Shown in pieces: positions 12,391-25,078 of a DNA stretch of 64,000 nt; within the stretch, counting starts at the first letter, position 1, and each line of letters starts with the position of its first letter. This DNA comes from Harriotta raleighana. Lineage: Eukaryota. Below the pieces are notes generated by a model. The model had not been told where the DNA came from and searched no databases. It saw only the letters and a program-made list of their open reading frames with translations. Location: assembly GCA_050575255.1 (NCBI GenBank), contig JBNZDD010013628.1, forward strand, positions 2,822,774 through 2,886,773, in the 5' to 3' direction. The position numbers and the translations under genes are program-made.

Positions 12391-14275
12391 TCGAGAAATA
12401 GCACTTTATCTATTTACTCTCTCAGTGGACATCTTAATAGGCCACTGACCACAGTGTTACGTAATGGTCAGAAATCTACTTCTCCCACATTAGAGTGCTC
12501 CAGATATCCAGTGAAAGTAAAGTGAATAGACAGACAATGAGTTCCTTAAACCTGTGTCCTGCTTTGGAGCAAAAGTGAGCCAGGAACATCTCATGATCAT
12601 ACAAATGTGCCCCATCACAGTTATCCTAACCAGACTGTCTCTTTGCCTGAGAATAAAAATGATTTTGATTCAAAAGAATGTTACCTTTCAAGTATTTTTA
12701 CCCCAATATCCTGACACATATATATAATTAAATACTGATGCAGTGTTATAAATGGTTTACATTAATATAGTATAACAGTTTTTGGTTACTTTCACTTAGC
12801 TTTGACGTGTCTGTTGAACTTTTGCTAATCTCAAATAATGAGTTACGCCATTGCAAAAGAAAATTGATGCCCACAGCTACTTGCGTACCCCAGTTAAATG
12901 AATAATTATCTGACAGAAAGATTAAATACAATGCATGAAATTTTCTGGTGATTTTCCGGGAGTAATAATTCCTGCGAATAAATAAAAAATATTTTGGTCC
13001 AAGACTATTTATAGGACACTGTGCGCAATTGGCTTCCAGTTTTTGCCCACAAGATATACAGTCACTACACTTTACAATATATTCTTTGAAGCTTTTTGAG
13101 ATATCTCAAAGATGTGATATGGCAATCTATCAAACACAAGGATTATTATTATTATCTCAATGATCTGACAATGACTTATATTTATCCATATACAGGTATT
13201 AATATATATATATACATTTATATATATATATGCACTATATCGAATGCAAGGATTTTTTTTTAACCATGTTTTGGTCATGTTTCCCCTTCTCAACCATTCA
13301 GCTTTGGTGCTTACTCAGAATGGTCAAACACTTGAGGACATCCTCCTGATGTGAAGGCTGCTAGACAAGTGTAAATTGTATTGTATTTCATTGAAGTAGA
13401 CTCCATCAGGAAATGGAGAAGACCAGGTTGAGGTCTCCTTCTGTACACCCAAAAATATGTCAGATTGCTTCACTGCAACGTTCCTCAGCAACAGATTTCC
13501 AATATTATTCCTGATCTGAAGGGCGCTCTATAAATGTAATTTTGTTGTTGCTGTTGTAATAGGTATATACAGAATCGACCATTTTAAGATGACACTGAAC
13601 TTAATCCGAATTAAAACTGAATTATAATTGCTCATCAAATTGCTTTTGACAGGTCAATACATGATAACCTTTGTATCCTTACAGTTTCAAATCAACTTTC
13701 CAGTTAATTTCATCCAAGGTGCATTAATAAGAGTTTGAGGATATATCAAGTGCAAATTGTTGGCAAGATATCAAATTGTTTGTGTCGTCACAATTTTTTG
13801 CAATACAACATTGAAAAGCTTTTTAAAAAAAATCTATTCTAAGTACTGTAAACCCCGAAGGCATAAATTTATCCCCACAGCAAGATTTACATGATGTCTG
13901 GATCCAAACCAGGTCATGGTAAATGCCTCCTTGCTATACGTACATTGCCTAAGCAAAAACCACATTCTCAACAAGGACTTCTGGGATTATCTAGCTTTGA
14001 ACAACATCTATTGAGATTCTACACGTACTTGTTCAAACCAAAAAGGTCATCAAGGGGTCAATTGGGCAGAAATCCATCATTAGGCTTAAGAGTCTGAAAA
14101 CCAAACAAATATCCACATATTGCTTCCATTTGGAACATGTACTCCTCTCAGAGGAATGCACACAGTCACAAGTTGGGAAGATCCAAGGCTTGCAGATCCC
14201 ACTGTCTGGTTTGTGTTTGTGTTGGGAGTTAAATAAGCCTTACACCTAGCCATTGTAAACAATGACTGGCAAGCT

Positions 14276-15460
14276 GCAACAACAACTTTGATTTATATAA
14301 CGCCCTCCACCCCGGACGGCGTCTCAGAGCGATTCACAATAGCGGATTCCGGGACCGAGCCAAGGGCAGGGGTAGAAAGGTGCGGACAAAGAGAAAGGTC
14401 TTCAGCTGGGACCTGAAGCTGGGAAAAGAGGGGGCGAGGCGAAGGGAGTTAGGAAGGGAATTCTAGAGTCTCGGGGCCTAGTGGCTGAAGGCACGGCCGC
14501 CGAGGGTGGAGCGGAGGATTCCGGGGACATGGCGGAGGCCAGACACGGTGGAGCGAAGGCAACGGGTGCTGGATTGAGAGAGGAGGTCAGAGAGGTAGGA
14601 GGTTGCAGAGGAGTGGAGGGATTTGAAGACCAGGGTGAGGATCTTGGAATCGATCCTCTCTGGCATAGGGAGCCAGTGAAGTTTGGCAAGGACTGGAGTA
14701 ATGGGGGAGCGAAGTTTGGTGAGGGTGAGAACACAAGCAGCAGAGATCTGGATAGGCTGGACTCTGTGGATTGTGGAGGAGTGGAGACTGAAGAGGAGGG
14801 CATTGCAGTAGTCCAGGCGAGAGGTGACAAAACCATGGACCAGGGTTTTCGCGGCTATTGGGGTGAGGTAATGGTGGAGACAAGCGATCTGTCGGAGGTG
14901 GAAGAAGGCAGTGCTGGTGAGGGACCGGATGTGAGGGAGGGAGGACTGTTGGGGGCCAAAACTGACATTTAGGTTGCTCACAGATTCGGAGAGTTTTAGG
15001 AGCAGACCGGGAAGCTGGAGGAGATGAGAGCCGTGCGAATGGAAACGTTGACGAGAGCCAAAGAGTATGGCCTCCGTCTCGTCAACATTCAACTGCAAGA
15101 AATTTGGGCTCATCCAGCCCCCGATGTCTGACAGGCAAGCTGACAGAATATCAGGGGACTGGGGGTTGCAAAGTGAAGTGGAGAAATAGAGCTGGGTGTC
15201 ATCCGCATACATGTGGAAGTCTGCACCATGTCTGCAGATGACATCCCCAAGAGGGAGTCTATAGATTAGGAAGAGGAGGGGGCCAAGGATGGATCCCTGG
15301 GGTACCCCACAGGTAACTGGATGAGAGCGAGAGGAAAAACCGTTTGTGCTGATGTACTGTTGTGAGGTAGTACTCGAACCAGGTGAGTGTGGTCCCACTG
15401 AGGTGGATGATGGAGGACAGGCGGTGCTCTCCCTGCTTGTCTATTTGGATTCCCCATACT
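14276..15460 (-). mobile_element. L2 LINE 3' half with a 306-aa open RT remnant
   Basis: ORF 14478..15398 reads GVPQGSILGPLLFLIY, FHMYADDTQLY, SRLDYCNALL and LHWLP..RIDSKIL; (TTG)n tail at about 14276. Confidence 0.92.
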
Positions 15461-15469
15461 CAATGCAGC

Positions 15470-15760
15470 TACAACAACAACAACTTTGATTTGTATAGCG
15501 TCCTCCACGCCAGACGGGCCTCAGAGTGCTTCACAATAACGGATCCTGGGGCCGAGCCAGGGGGAGGGGGATAAAAAATTATCAAAAGCGCAGTCGGAAA
15601 TAATAGGTTCTTAGCCAAGACCTGAAAATAGGAAGAGAGGGAGCGAGGCAAAGGGAGTGAGGAAGGTAATTCCAGAGCCTAGTGGCTGAAGGCACGTCCG
15701 CCGACGGTGGAGCGGAGGATACGGGGGACAAGGAGGAGGCCATACCAGGTAAAGCGAAGC
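15470..15760 (-). mobile_element. Second L2 3' end in tandem with 14276-15460
   Basis: Homologous to about 14276-14560 (caactttgatt..cctccac..cctagtggctgaaggcacg..ggtggagcggaggat). Confidence 0.8.
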
Positions 15761-15859
15761 TTCTAGAGTTATCAGGAGTAGAGAAGGACGATTCCCTGCC
15801 CCAGTGATTGGTATGCTCCTACACAACCTTTCAGCATACCAGTCTGATAGGTCTGAGCA

Positions 15860-16030
15860 CAGTATAGCTCTATAATTTTACTGCAAATGCTTGGAACACA
15901 CTCTCCAATCCTGTATCTTCTGATGGTATCCAACATGTCATTCATAAATATATCAAATAGGGTAGGTATCATTATCCTTACCCATCATTGAAAAGGGATA
16001 GACTCTGTGAGTCTCATCAACCTTATTCAG
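15860..16030 (-). mobile_element. Old non-LTR RT fragment from a different clade
   Basis: ORF 15772..15972 IPTLFDIFMNDML resembles the RT motif B' (SPxLFxIFxxD). Confidence 0.45.
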
Positions 16031-16663
16031 TTCCTCACACTAGAATACATTACTCAGATAAAGTCAAATATTTAATTGTTCCCTTCATGTTGTTTGTGGG
16101 ACATGGCTGTGCCCCAACTGGCTGATGAGTTTTGTCTATCGAATACACATCCTCTTGAAATGAAAGGTTGAGATCAAATGCAAGGATTGTTACATTGTTA
16201 ATTTACAGCACATCTTGCGATGTGCTTTGAGAAATCCTCACAGCTTCAAAGGCGCTATAGAGTACTGTACTGCATTTGACATTAGGATTTTTATTAATCC
16301 TATTTATTGATGAATCTACCATTGGCCATAAACACTCCTCAACATAATAGAATGTAACCTGCTCCTTTCCGATTACACCATGCAGTGATGACCCGAAGCA
16401 TTACCTCAAGAGCCAGATCAGTAAAAATGCTCAGTTGTTCTTGGTGATGTTAGGATCACCATCTGTGGATAAGTACCACAGTTGTACTCTGAAACACAAT
16501 GCGAGCACTTTACAATGTGTATGCATATGTGCTCGTGTCTGACAGAATCTTATTCACCATCCTTTATTAGGCCATCAACTACATGGTTATGGACTTTCAT
16601 CTATCCCTTTCTGCTCTCCAGCCCCTACCCAGGGGAGGCTGTGTAAACTCAGTCACAGTATAG

Positions 16664-16975
16664 TAATAATAATCCTTGCATTTGAGATAGCGCTTTTCAC
16701 ATCTTATCGACATTTCAAAGCGCTTCACAGAATATACTGTAAAGTGAATTGACTGAATATTTGTGGGCGAAACGCAGCAGCCAATTGCACACAGCAGCGT
16801 CCCACAAACAGTCGTGGATCGAAATGACCAATTTTTATTATTGTGTTTTTTTGGGATGCATTATTATGAGGCGTGCGGAGTAAGGAAACGTGCCCAAGGT
16901 TTAACCCCGACTTGCCTGGATTCGAACACAGGTCTCATGATTGTAAGGCGAGTGCTCTAAGCACTGAGCTAGAGG
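16664..16975 (-). mobile_element. tRNA-derived SINE, full length
   Basis: Reverse complement of the 38661 family: tagctcagtgcttagagcac (A box), gttcgaatcc (B box), (ATT)n tail. Confidence 0.85.
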
Positions 16976-17334
16976 ATAAACATGTTCCATTGCTGCATCT
17001 ACTGTGGCCAATACAAATGACAGCTCTTCAGTAACAAACTGCAAATGTATTCAATGGATTAAAAGGGGCATGTTTTAAAACCATGCAAATTAAAGATAAT
17101 CGCACAAGCTTATAATGGGTTGCCTGAATGGAGGTCTAATAAATATTTGTGTGACACCCACATAAGGTACTTTAAAGCATACTTAACTTCTGCTCTGTAT
17201 AGCCAAATGTTTATTCCATTGTCTAACTAACTAACTAACTGTTGAGCGACAACTGTTAAGAACACTTTGTAACTTCAATGCTTTGTACAAGATAACTGTC
17301 ATTTAAAGCTGTATTAAATAATTTACAGTCTAAG

Positions 17335-17635
17335 CTGGCCCTCCAGTCCTGAGGGAGTGAGTACTACACTGTCACACACTGTCTACCTGTTTAGTTGGAT
17401 GGTAAAGATTCCCTGAAGCTATTTGAAAAAGAGAAAGGAGTTTCTCTCAGTATCCTGACACGTCAGAAACAAATTGTTGAACACTTCATGGCTGGTACTG
17501 GGATATTGCATTATTATCACAAATTGACTGCCATGTAAGTCTACAGATAACAGTCATTGCATTGCATTCAAATTCTGTGAAGTACATTTCTTTGAGACAT
17601 TTTGTAATTAAACGTGTTGAAACAAATGCAAACAT
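17335..17635 (+). mobile_element. DeuSINE-like relic
   Basis: gtctacctg..ttagttggatggtaaagattccc..gctatttgaaaaagag..ggagtttctc resembles the recalled Deu domain. Confidence 0.55.
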
Positions 17636-17643
17636 TATAAGTG

Positions 17644-17894
17644 CAGGTAGACCTCGCTTAATGATGCTTCAGTTAACGTTGTTTCATTATTACTTTGCTG
17701 ATACATAGGAAACATATATTCATTTAACGTTGTGGCATTCGCTATTACATCGGGTGGAAACAAACTACTTTGGGTAGCATAGGGGTACCTAGATGCTGAA
17801 CGTCTGGTATTCTTGAGTGAGTTCACTTAACGTCATTTCGCTTAAAGTAAAACTTTTCACCAACACAACTGTAACTTTAAGAGAAGACTAAGTG
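17644..17894. mobile_element. Degenerate Tigger/Tc1-mariner-type MITE
   Basis: Left end CAGGTAGACCTCGCTTAA; the right end reverse complement is CACTTAGTCTTCTCTTAA, followed by TA. Confidence 0.5.
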
Positions 17895-18331
17895 TAGTAT
17901 TAGTAGTATTGTAATATGATCAACTAACTCGTATGAAGACCGTACAGCACAGAAACAGGCCATTCAGTTCAACAAGTTTTATTCAACTTTTTCTTATCAA
18001 ATTCCTTTCTAAAATTCTTAAGATTTTACTCAGACCTATATTATCAATGAAAACCACAATGATTGACCCTATGGGCATTTTTAATTAAAACAGACCAGAC
18101 TGGAGGAACAGATTTGTATCTGGTCTATAATTTGTTTTAAAAAGATACTTTTGTTTGAATATTTAAAAACGAAATTGGACACAAGCAATTCTTAAAATTT
18201 AGTCTGTGTTTGGAAGTTTGTTCATTTTGCTACCTGCAGAAAGTAGTCTACCAAATGTATGGCGGAATTGAAATATTTTCCACAAATCTGCATAGTCTTA
18301 TCTATTAAAACCCAGTGGAATTTTTTAGGTG

Positions 18332-18520
18332 TGGAGTCCAGTAGAGCATTGAAGCAGAATGAAACCTTAGGCAAGTTTCCTTGCTCCACACGCCTGTGTA
18401 TACTCAGCAGTAATTGAAACCTGGTTGTTAATCGATTGGCACATCTCTTAAAAACATTTGGCCACTCAATCCACGACTGACTGTGGGATACAGCTGTATC
18501 CCACAAAATTTATATGATAA
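18332..18520 (+). mobile_element. tRNA-SINE fragment
   Basis: gaaaccttaggcaagtttccttgctccacac..ctcaatccacgact. Confidence 0.6.
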
Positions 18521-19329
18521 GAATTATTATCATTTTGAGTCTCTGATGTTACAGCTCATGAGATATTAAATACAATGAATTCCTTAAGTGTATCCAAATT
18601 AAGTTGACAAAATTGAGTCTTGCACAACTTGCCAATCACACAGAAGGAAACCTGGCACCACTCACTTCTAATTTATAGCTAGACTTTTTAAGCAATCATC
18701 TTGCGCTGAGATCTGGCAGGTTCATCTTGCTGGAACTCTTTCGCAAGTTTCTTTGGTGTTGCTGAAAAAGCTGCCGAGTTTTCCCGTCTTTGGTTTCAGT
18801 GCCATCTGTATAGCTGCAGAATTGAAACAATGTCAATGTTTGCATAATTATGTTAATGCCCCAAGAGGGCACCATCCGTGTGAGTTTCCATAGGCACGTG
18901 TGATGAGAGAAGCCGGTTGACGATTTGGAAAATGCCAAACTACGTGGAATTTATTTCACAGTCATTTCAGAATCCTGCTGTAAACCTGGGTCCCATTAAA
19001 GCGTGACGTGTGAAATGTACCACTGGACAGGAACCACATATCTTAGAGATGATTAGAGATTTGAGCCTCTGTATCTAATGGATTTTAAAGACAGGCATGT
19101 AAAATTACTCCATATGACAAAATATAATTGAGGCAAATTACTTATACAGTGTTATAAGATTTGTTGGCTTGTTTCACCCGTGTAAAAGCTCCAGATTTTA
19201 CTTTAAAAAATGCTAGTCTAAAGTTACTTTTCTCCAGAGACTGTAATCAGCAAGAGTTTAAATGTCAACATATCCGCAGCATCCATTGGCATGAAGCCCC
19301 GATCTCACAGCTGGAGTTCGCCTGTGTAC

Positions 19330-20290
19330 GTTTCTATACATTTGGTTCTCTTGATTCCAGATCCACTATTATTCTTTCCGCCTGCTTGTCAGACATCAAG
19401 ACCTGAATGAGCATCAGTTTGCTGCAGCTTAATATGGATTAGATAGAAATCCTCCTCCTTGGCTCAGGCTGATGTCTCTTCACATCCAGCTCTGACCTTC
19501 TCAACTTTCCTAGTCTCTTTCCTTTTCAAATGTACCAAATCAGTGAACAATCCCAACATCTAGTTTGATCCTCAGCTCTCCCACCTTCCTCACAGCAGCT
19601 GCTTAAGATCACTATTGTTCACCTACACCAGCAACAACAACTTGCATTTATACAGCACCCTCCATCCTAGGGTGGCATCTCAAAGCACTTCACAATGTCA
19701 GAGCCTGAGGCCGAGCCAAGGGAGGGGGAAGGACACCAGAAGCCGGTGCAGTTTGGCAAGGACTGGGGTAATCAGAGTACGAAGTTTGATGGGGGTGAGA
19801 ATGTGGGCGGTGGTGTTTTGTATGAGCTTAATGTTGTGGATTGGGAGGAGGGGAGATCGGCGAGAAGTGAATTAGAGTAGTCCAACCGAGAGGTGTCACA
19901 TCATGGACCAGAGTATCAGCAGCTGTTGGGGTGAGGTATTGGCAGAGATGGTCAATGTGGCGGAGATGGAAGAAAATGGTGCTGGTGAGGGACCAGATGT
20001 GGGGGTGGAAGGATAACTGCATTCGAACTTGACACCTAAATGGCACATGGGTTCGGAGAGTTTTAAGGTCAGGTAGGTTGAGCATAACTCTCCTATCTCA
20101 CAAGAAATGCTGCCGAAAACCCCATTCACATTTTGTTACTTTTCACCTCAACTTCTCTAATGCACTCCAGTTCCACAATCTACAAGATTCAGGTCCCAAA
20201 CTCTGCCATCTACACTCATCACCCTGAACTTCACCTGGCTTCACTGTGTCCCAACAGATTGACCTTAATGTCCTCATCCTTACCTATAAT
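19330..20290. mobile_element. Nested L2 fragments: plus-strand copy (about 19330-19620 and 20100-20290) interrupted by a minus-strand L2 3' piece (about 19630-20085)
   Basis: Plus strand reads LSACLSDIKT; minus strand reads FFHLRHIDHLCQYLTPTAADTLVH with a (TTG)n tail at about 19632. Confidence 0.7.
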
Positions 20291-22523
20291 CCCTTCATGT
20301 ACTCACATTTCCTCTCTGACCTTTGATTTTTTCTTTGATTGCCCCATAATTATATGGAATGCATTTGATCATTTGTCTGCCAATTAAACTAAGATCTGTT
20401 TAGCAAACTTGCATTAAGGAACCCATGATGAGGCAAACATCTTTCCCAAGAGCCCTTTACATTGGACAATCTGTTATTTATTGTTGGAGCAGTACTTCAA
20501 AGATCTTCAAAATACTTCAAATACTTCAAGCTCGGAGTACCACTTCAAACAACCTAATCTAACTATTTAGAGTGTTTTACTGTACATTTCTCTTATCCCC
20601 AAATACATTGTCCTTCCAAAATCTCTGGAACTCTCTACCTCTATCTGTTCACCTCATTCATCTCTAACAGTCTTTAAATTTCACTTTAAAATCCACTTTT
20701 TTCATCTCCTCTCCTTCTCATTTGCTCACTTTCTGACCCATTGTGAAGCTTCTCCAAGATATTATCCTATATAAATGCAAGCTGTTACTGTATATTGGCT
20801 TTGAGAATGTATACATTATGAAGGAAAATCCTATTATAACTGTAGAATATCACTCTTAATAGCAGGAAGAATTTCACCTTTGCTTAATATTTGTGCTGAC
20901 TGAGCAGACATGTTTGTTTATAGCCAATTTATACCCATCTTGAGATGTTTTCCAGTTGTCCTGTGTAACTATTTTCACTAAATAATATCTCAAATGTGTA
21001 TATTCCTCCTTATGCAACAATCTTCTAAGTATTGTTTTCTTGCTATTGTGTGGCCATTCCTTGACAATATTTTACATCTATCTTTAGATTAGAGAGCAAG
21101 ATTACCTGAGAAAAAGGAAATAAAGTTTTTTTTATTAAAAAAAACATTTTATTAAAAACCCAAACTTTTACGGATTTGAATCTTTTACTGTTGGCTTACC
21201 TAACTACATATTTCCAATAATAGTATTTCACAATCAATTCATAGACTTTCAGTGGTTTATCAATACAAATCATTTAACTTTTTCTAAATTGGGCAGACGG
21301 AAGATTTGGGGCTCAAGTTTCATATCCACATATTCAGATAAAAATCTAGTCTGATAATCCCGTACAGTTTTGGTAGTCAATCTTCTCGGTATCACATACT
21401 GATTGAAACAAGAAGGAAGTTTCCCCCTGTGTCTTTGCCAACAGTCGTCATTCACTTCATGACTACTTGTAACACATTGGTGTATGGAAATTGACTATTG
21501 TGTTTGCTTACACATACAAAATTGTTGCACTTTACAGGAAATTCTGCTGTTTTCAGACATTGATATATCAAGGATCTACATTAAATGCAGAGATTATTAT
21601 AATGAATTATTATTTTTGTCCTCTAGGCTCTCAGTTTCAGTTTTGATGTACGTTATCCGCAAAAATATTTTTAAACCTTTGGAGAGCTTCTGTCGATTTC
21701 CAGCATTAGCTGGTATATTTCTGATTCCTAACATCCACAACTTTTCTTTTACGATGGATTTCAGTTCAGCTGCAAGCATTTCCTTTCTTTAAAACAAATT
21801 AACAGGTCCATTTATTCTCAGTATCAAGGGCATTTTACTGACTCCCCAACTACAATAATGCATTCAGCTGAGAAAAGTCCAAGCACACATCTACCATGGA
21901 TCTATTGATGGTCCTTATTGGCCCCAGGAGATCTTTAACTATGTCAGTATGATTTATTAGCCATCAGTCTTATTAATTCTCCAACACTGCAGTCTCATGC
22001 TGCAAATGGGCACTGATGATCTCTTTTAACACAGAAATAGTGATGCATTCAGAGAAGCTTAACTTAAGTCCATCTTAACTAGAGACAACACTTTACATTG
22101 GCATTTTTTTAATATGAAATTATTTCACGTAAAAAATTTGTTGCAAAAGCTATTTCAACAAGTCACTTTGAGTACAAAATAATTTTGAAGCTAGTTTAGG
22201 TAACTGACAATTGATAAATTATGAAAATAAATGAACCCAAGTTCATGAATTTAAGTCAAAGTATATAATAGTTCACGGCAGAATATTTCATATTTTGGAA
22301 GTTCATATTAAAATATATAAAATTCATATAATGCAACTTTTTTCTCTTTCATTTCAATTCCTACATTCATTGCTCAGGCAGTTGAAAGAATAACTATTTT
22401 TAAAAAAAAGTTTGTCTGCACTGAAAATGCCTTTTAAAGGGTTGAGAGATTCTGAGAATGTACGTCATTGGGGTTAGTGCATTCTATTCAGACTTTCTGT
22501 ACAAGTGTTATACCAAATCAGAT

Positions 22524-22965
22524 GTACCTAGCCTTTGATATTTACTTAGTAAGATAATATTTATTCAGTAAACATTTAGCGTTATCTAATTGTACCTATG
22601 CTTTATTTGGTACTGAAAACATAGCAGACATGGACAGGTTAGATGTAGAACCTATAGATTAAAGATAGATAAAGCAAGAGCTCAATTGTCTAGCCTATCA
22701 GGAATATGTAAAATATAATTCTAATTACATGTGAATGGGGGTTTAATTTTGAAGCTCACTCCTGTCATAGTCGTCAATCAAGTCTGTCAGTACCTATCCT
22801 TTGATATTTACTCAGTAAGATATTTATTCAGTAAATGTTTAGTATTATCTAACTGTACCTCTACATTATCTGATACTGAAAACAGAAACAGATAGACTGG
22901 TTAAAAATAGAGCTTATTCAAACAAGGAATGAATCACCATGTGAGCAATCAAGCCATCTAGCTGA
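22524..22965. repeat. Diverged tandem duplication, period about 266 bp
   Basis: gtacctagcctttgatatttacttagtaagat..tactgaaaaca at 22524 recurs as gtacctatcctttgatatttactcagtaagat..tactgaaaaca at 22790. Confidence 0.8.
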
Positions 22966-22966
22966 G

Positions 22967-23304
22967 AGGAGTTGTAGCTCAGTGGTTAGAGCACCCTCTT
23001 TGCCAGCAAAATGACCTGGGTTCAATTTCCAGCAGGACAAAATGTTGGTCAAGTTTCTTTACTCCATACACCTCTGTTTACCCAGCAGTAAGTAGAAACA
23101 CAGTTATTAGTCGATTGACAGACAGCTGTTCAGGGGTAATAATCTTCTCAAAAAAATTAAGATGATGCATTTGGTTACTCAATCCACGACTCTTTGTGGG
23201 GAATTACTGTGCGAAATATGCCACAGTATGTTCTGTGAATCGCTTTCAGATGTCTCAGAGATGTGAGAAGGCACAATATCAAATGCAAGAATAATTATTA
23301 TTAT
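22967..23304 (+). mobile_element. tRNA-derived SINE, full length
   Basis: tagctcagtggttagagcac A box, gggttcaatttcc B box, tail aaatgcaagaataattattatt. Confidence 0.8.
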
Positions 23305-24269
23305 CGTATGTGTTTGGAAGCCAAACCTGATGGTTGTCTAAATTATATATTTGGCAGACATTATATTGTGAAGTGTTGTTATATACAGTCACATACTTGG
23401 TTTGAAACAATTGAGGTGGACAGTCTCAGCGATGCAGTGGGTAGATTTAGCACCTAGATAGCTAGGCTCAGCTATGACACCCTTTACAGTGGAGTAGGCT
23501 GCCAACACTCAGTACTAAGACTCACAAAAACAATTGTCATTCGGGCAAGAGTACAAGGGGGAAACCAGCATCCGTAGACTAGCACCCGGTAGAAGACCAG
23601 ACCAGGAGTGGAACAGTATCCTAATGAGGAGAAAATTAGGAAAGAATTGGGCACTAAATGTCAAAAAAGTTACTAAATATTCGTAATCGTAAAATAAAAC
23701 AATAAAACACGTGTACAGAAAATCAGATTAGAATGTGCTGTCCAAATGACATACATCCTCAGCATCTCTCAGCCCTATGAATAGCATTTCCAGTATACAG
23801 ATAAGCTTTTGAAAAGTTATACCACCCATCCCTGGAGAAGGTTTTCAAAGCTGGAAAGGCAATCCAACACTCAATAGGTCAACTGACATTATTCTCCAGT
23901 GTTCAGGGATTCACTTTTGAAAACAGTTTTTCTCGTTTTCACAAATCCTCACACTGGTTTGTGTACCACATTGGTTAAGTGACCACTTCTGGTTGTGTTC
24001 AAGGATGAGGGAAAATGCCCTTCTAAGATCTATGACTTACATATTCAAGTGTGTTATCAGCAGTGCATAGCTCCTGGATGCTGTTTTTCACGTGCAGATA
24101 TCAGTTTGGGGAATTCAGCATCGTGGTGCTGACCTTAGGTGTCACATTTCTTACCTGTTTCCCTAAACAAAGTCATCAAACTGTGATCCATAAGACAACG
24201 GGACCAACAATAACCAATCTCCAATGGCCAATTACACTGGTTTATTTGTAGATGCATCACTGTGTGGAC

Positions 24270-24660
24270 AAGCCAGTGACCCTCAATTATCCTTCAAACC
24301 GTTCATCCAGGCTGTGACCCAATCTGACATCTTCCCTCTCACCTACAAATGCCTTCGAACCTTGGCCTGCAATTTGTTCCCCTACTCACCTACTCACTCC
24401 ATGAACATACTCAACTTTGGTCTGCTTCATATACTTGACTATTTCACCTCATCATCAGCATACATGCTTTCAGCCCCCCTGAAACTCTTATAAATTCTCA
24501 AAGCCTCACCCTCCCACTCTTTCTCTCTGCTTTCAAGACACTCTTACAGAACTTTCTTTCATTGCACCTTCAGTCACTTTCTCCTCCCACTCCCCCCACA
24601 CACAGCTCTACATTTCCCACCCCGCTCAGGCTCTCACTCAGTCATTGTACAGCTCTTTAC
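24270..24660 (+). mobile_element. Highly decayed L2 3' fragment
   Basis: gaccctcaattatccttcaaacc..catccag and ctttcaagaca.tcttac resemble the other L2 copies. Confidence 0.45.
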
Positions 24661-24827
24661 GAACATAGTAATAATATTATTATACTTGCTTTGATACGGC
24701 ACCTCATCAGGTTGAAAGAAGAGAAATCTGCTGATCATTTATGGACATCACTCCAGCAGAGCTCATGTGCATGTTAAATGTTAGGATGAGGTTAGGTTAG
24801 CTGGGCTCTGCCCTACATCCAGTATTT

Positions 24828-25078
24828 TAATAATAATAACACTTGCATTTTTGTTATAGCACCTTATCACATCTTTGGGACGTCTCAAAGCACTTTGCAG
24901 AATATACTGCACAGCCATGTCCCACAAACAGTCATGGATCGAGTGAACTACTTACTGCTCGGTAAACAGAGGTTCGTAGAGTAAGGAACCTTGTCTAAGG
25001 TTTAGCCCTATCTTGGAAATAAACTTGTGTCCTCTTGCTTGCGAGACTAGTGTGCTAACCACTACTCTACTGTACTCC
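24828..25078 (-). mobile_element. tRNA-derived SINE
   Basis: aataataacacttgcattt..gtcccacaaacagtc..agtaaggaaccttg..gtgctaaccact. Confidence 0.7.

Noticed and set aside
21597-21786. ORF MLAAELKSIVKEKLW... behind a tttgttttaaag acceptor
   Set aside because: The open frame is phase 2 and incompatible with the phase-0 donor. The donor is weak and I recognise no homology.
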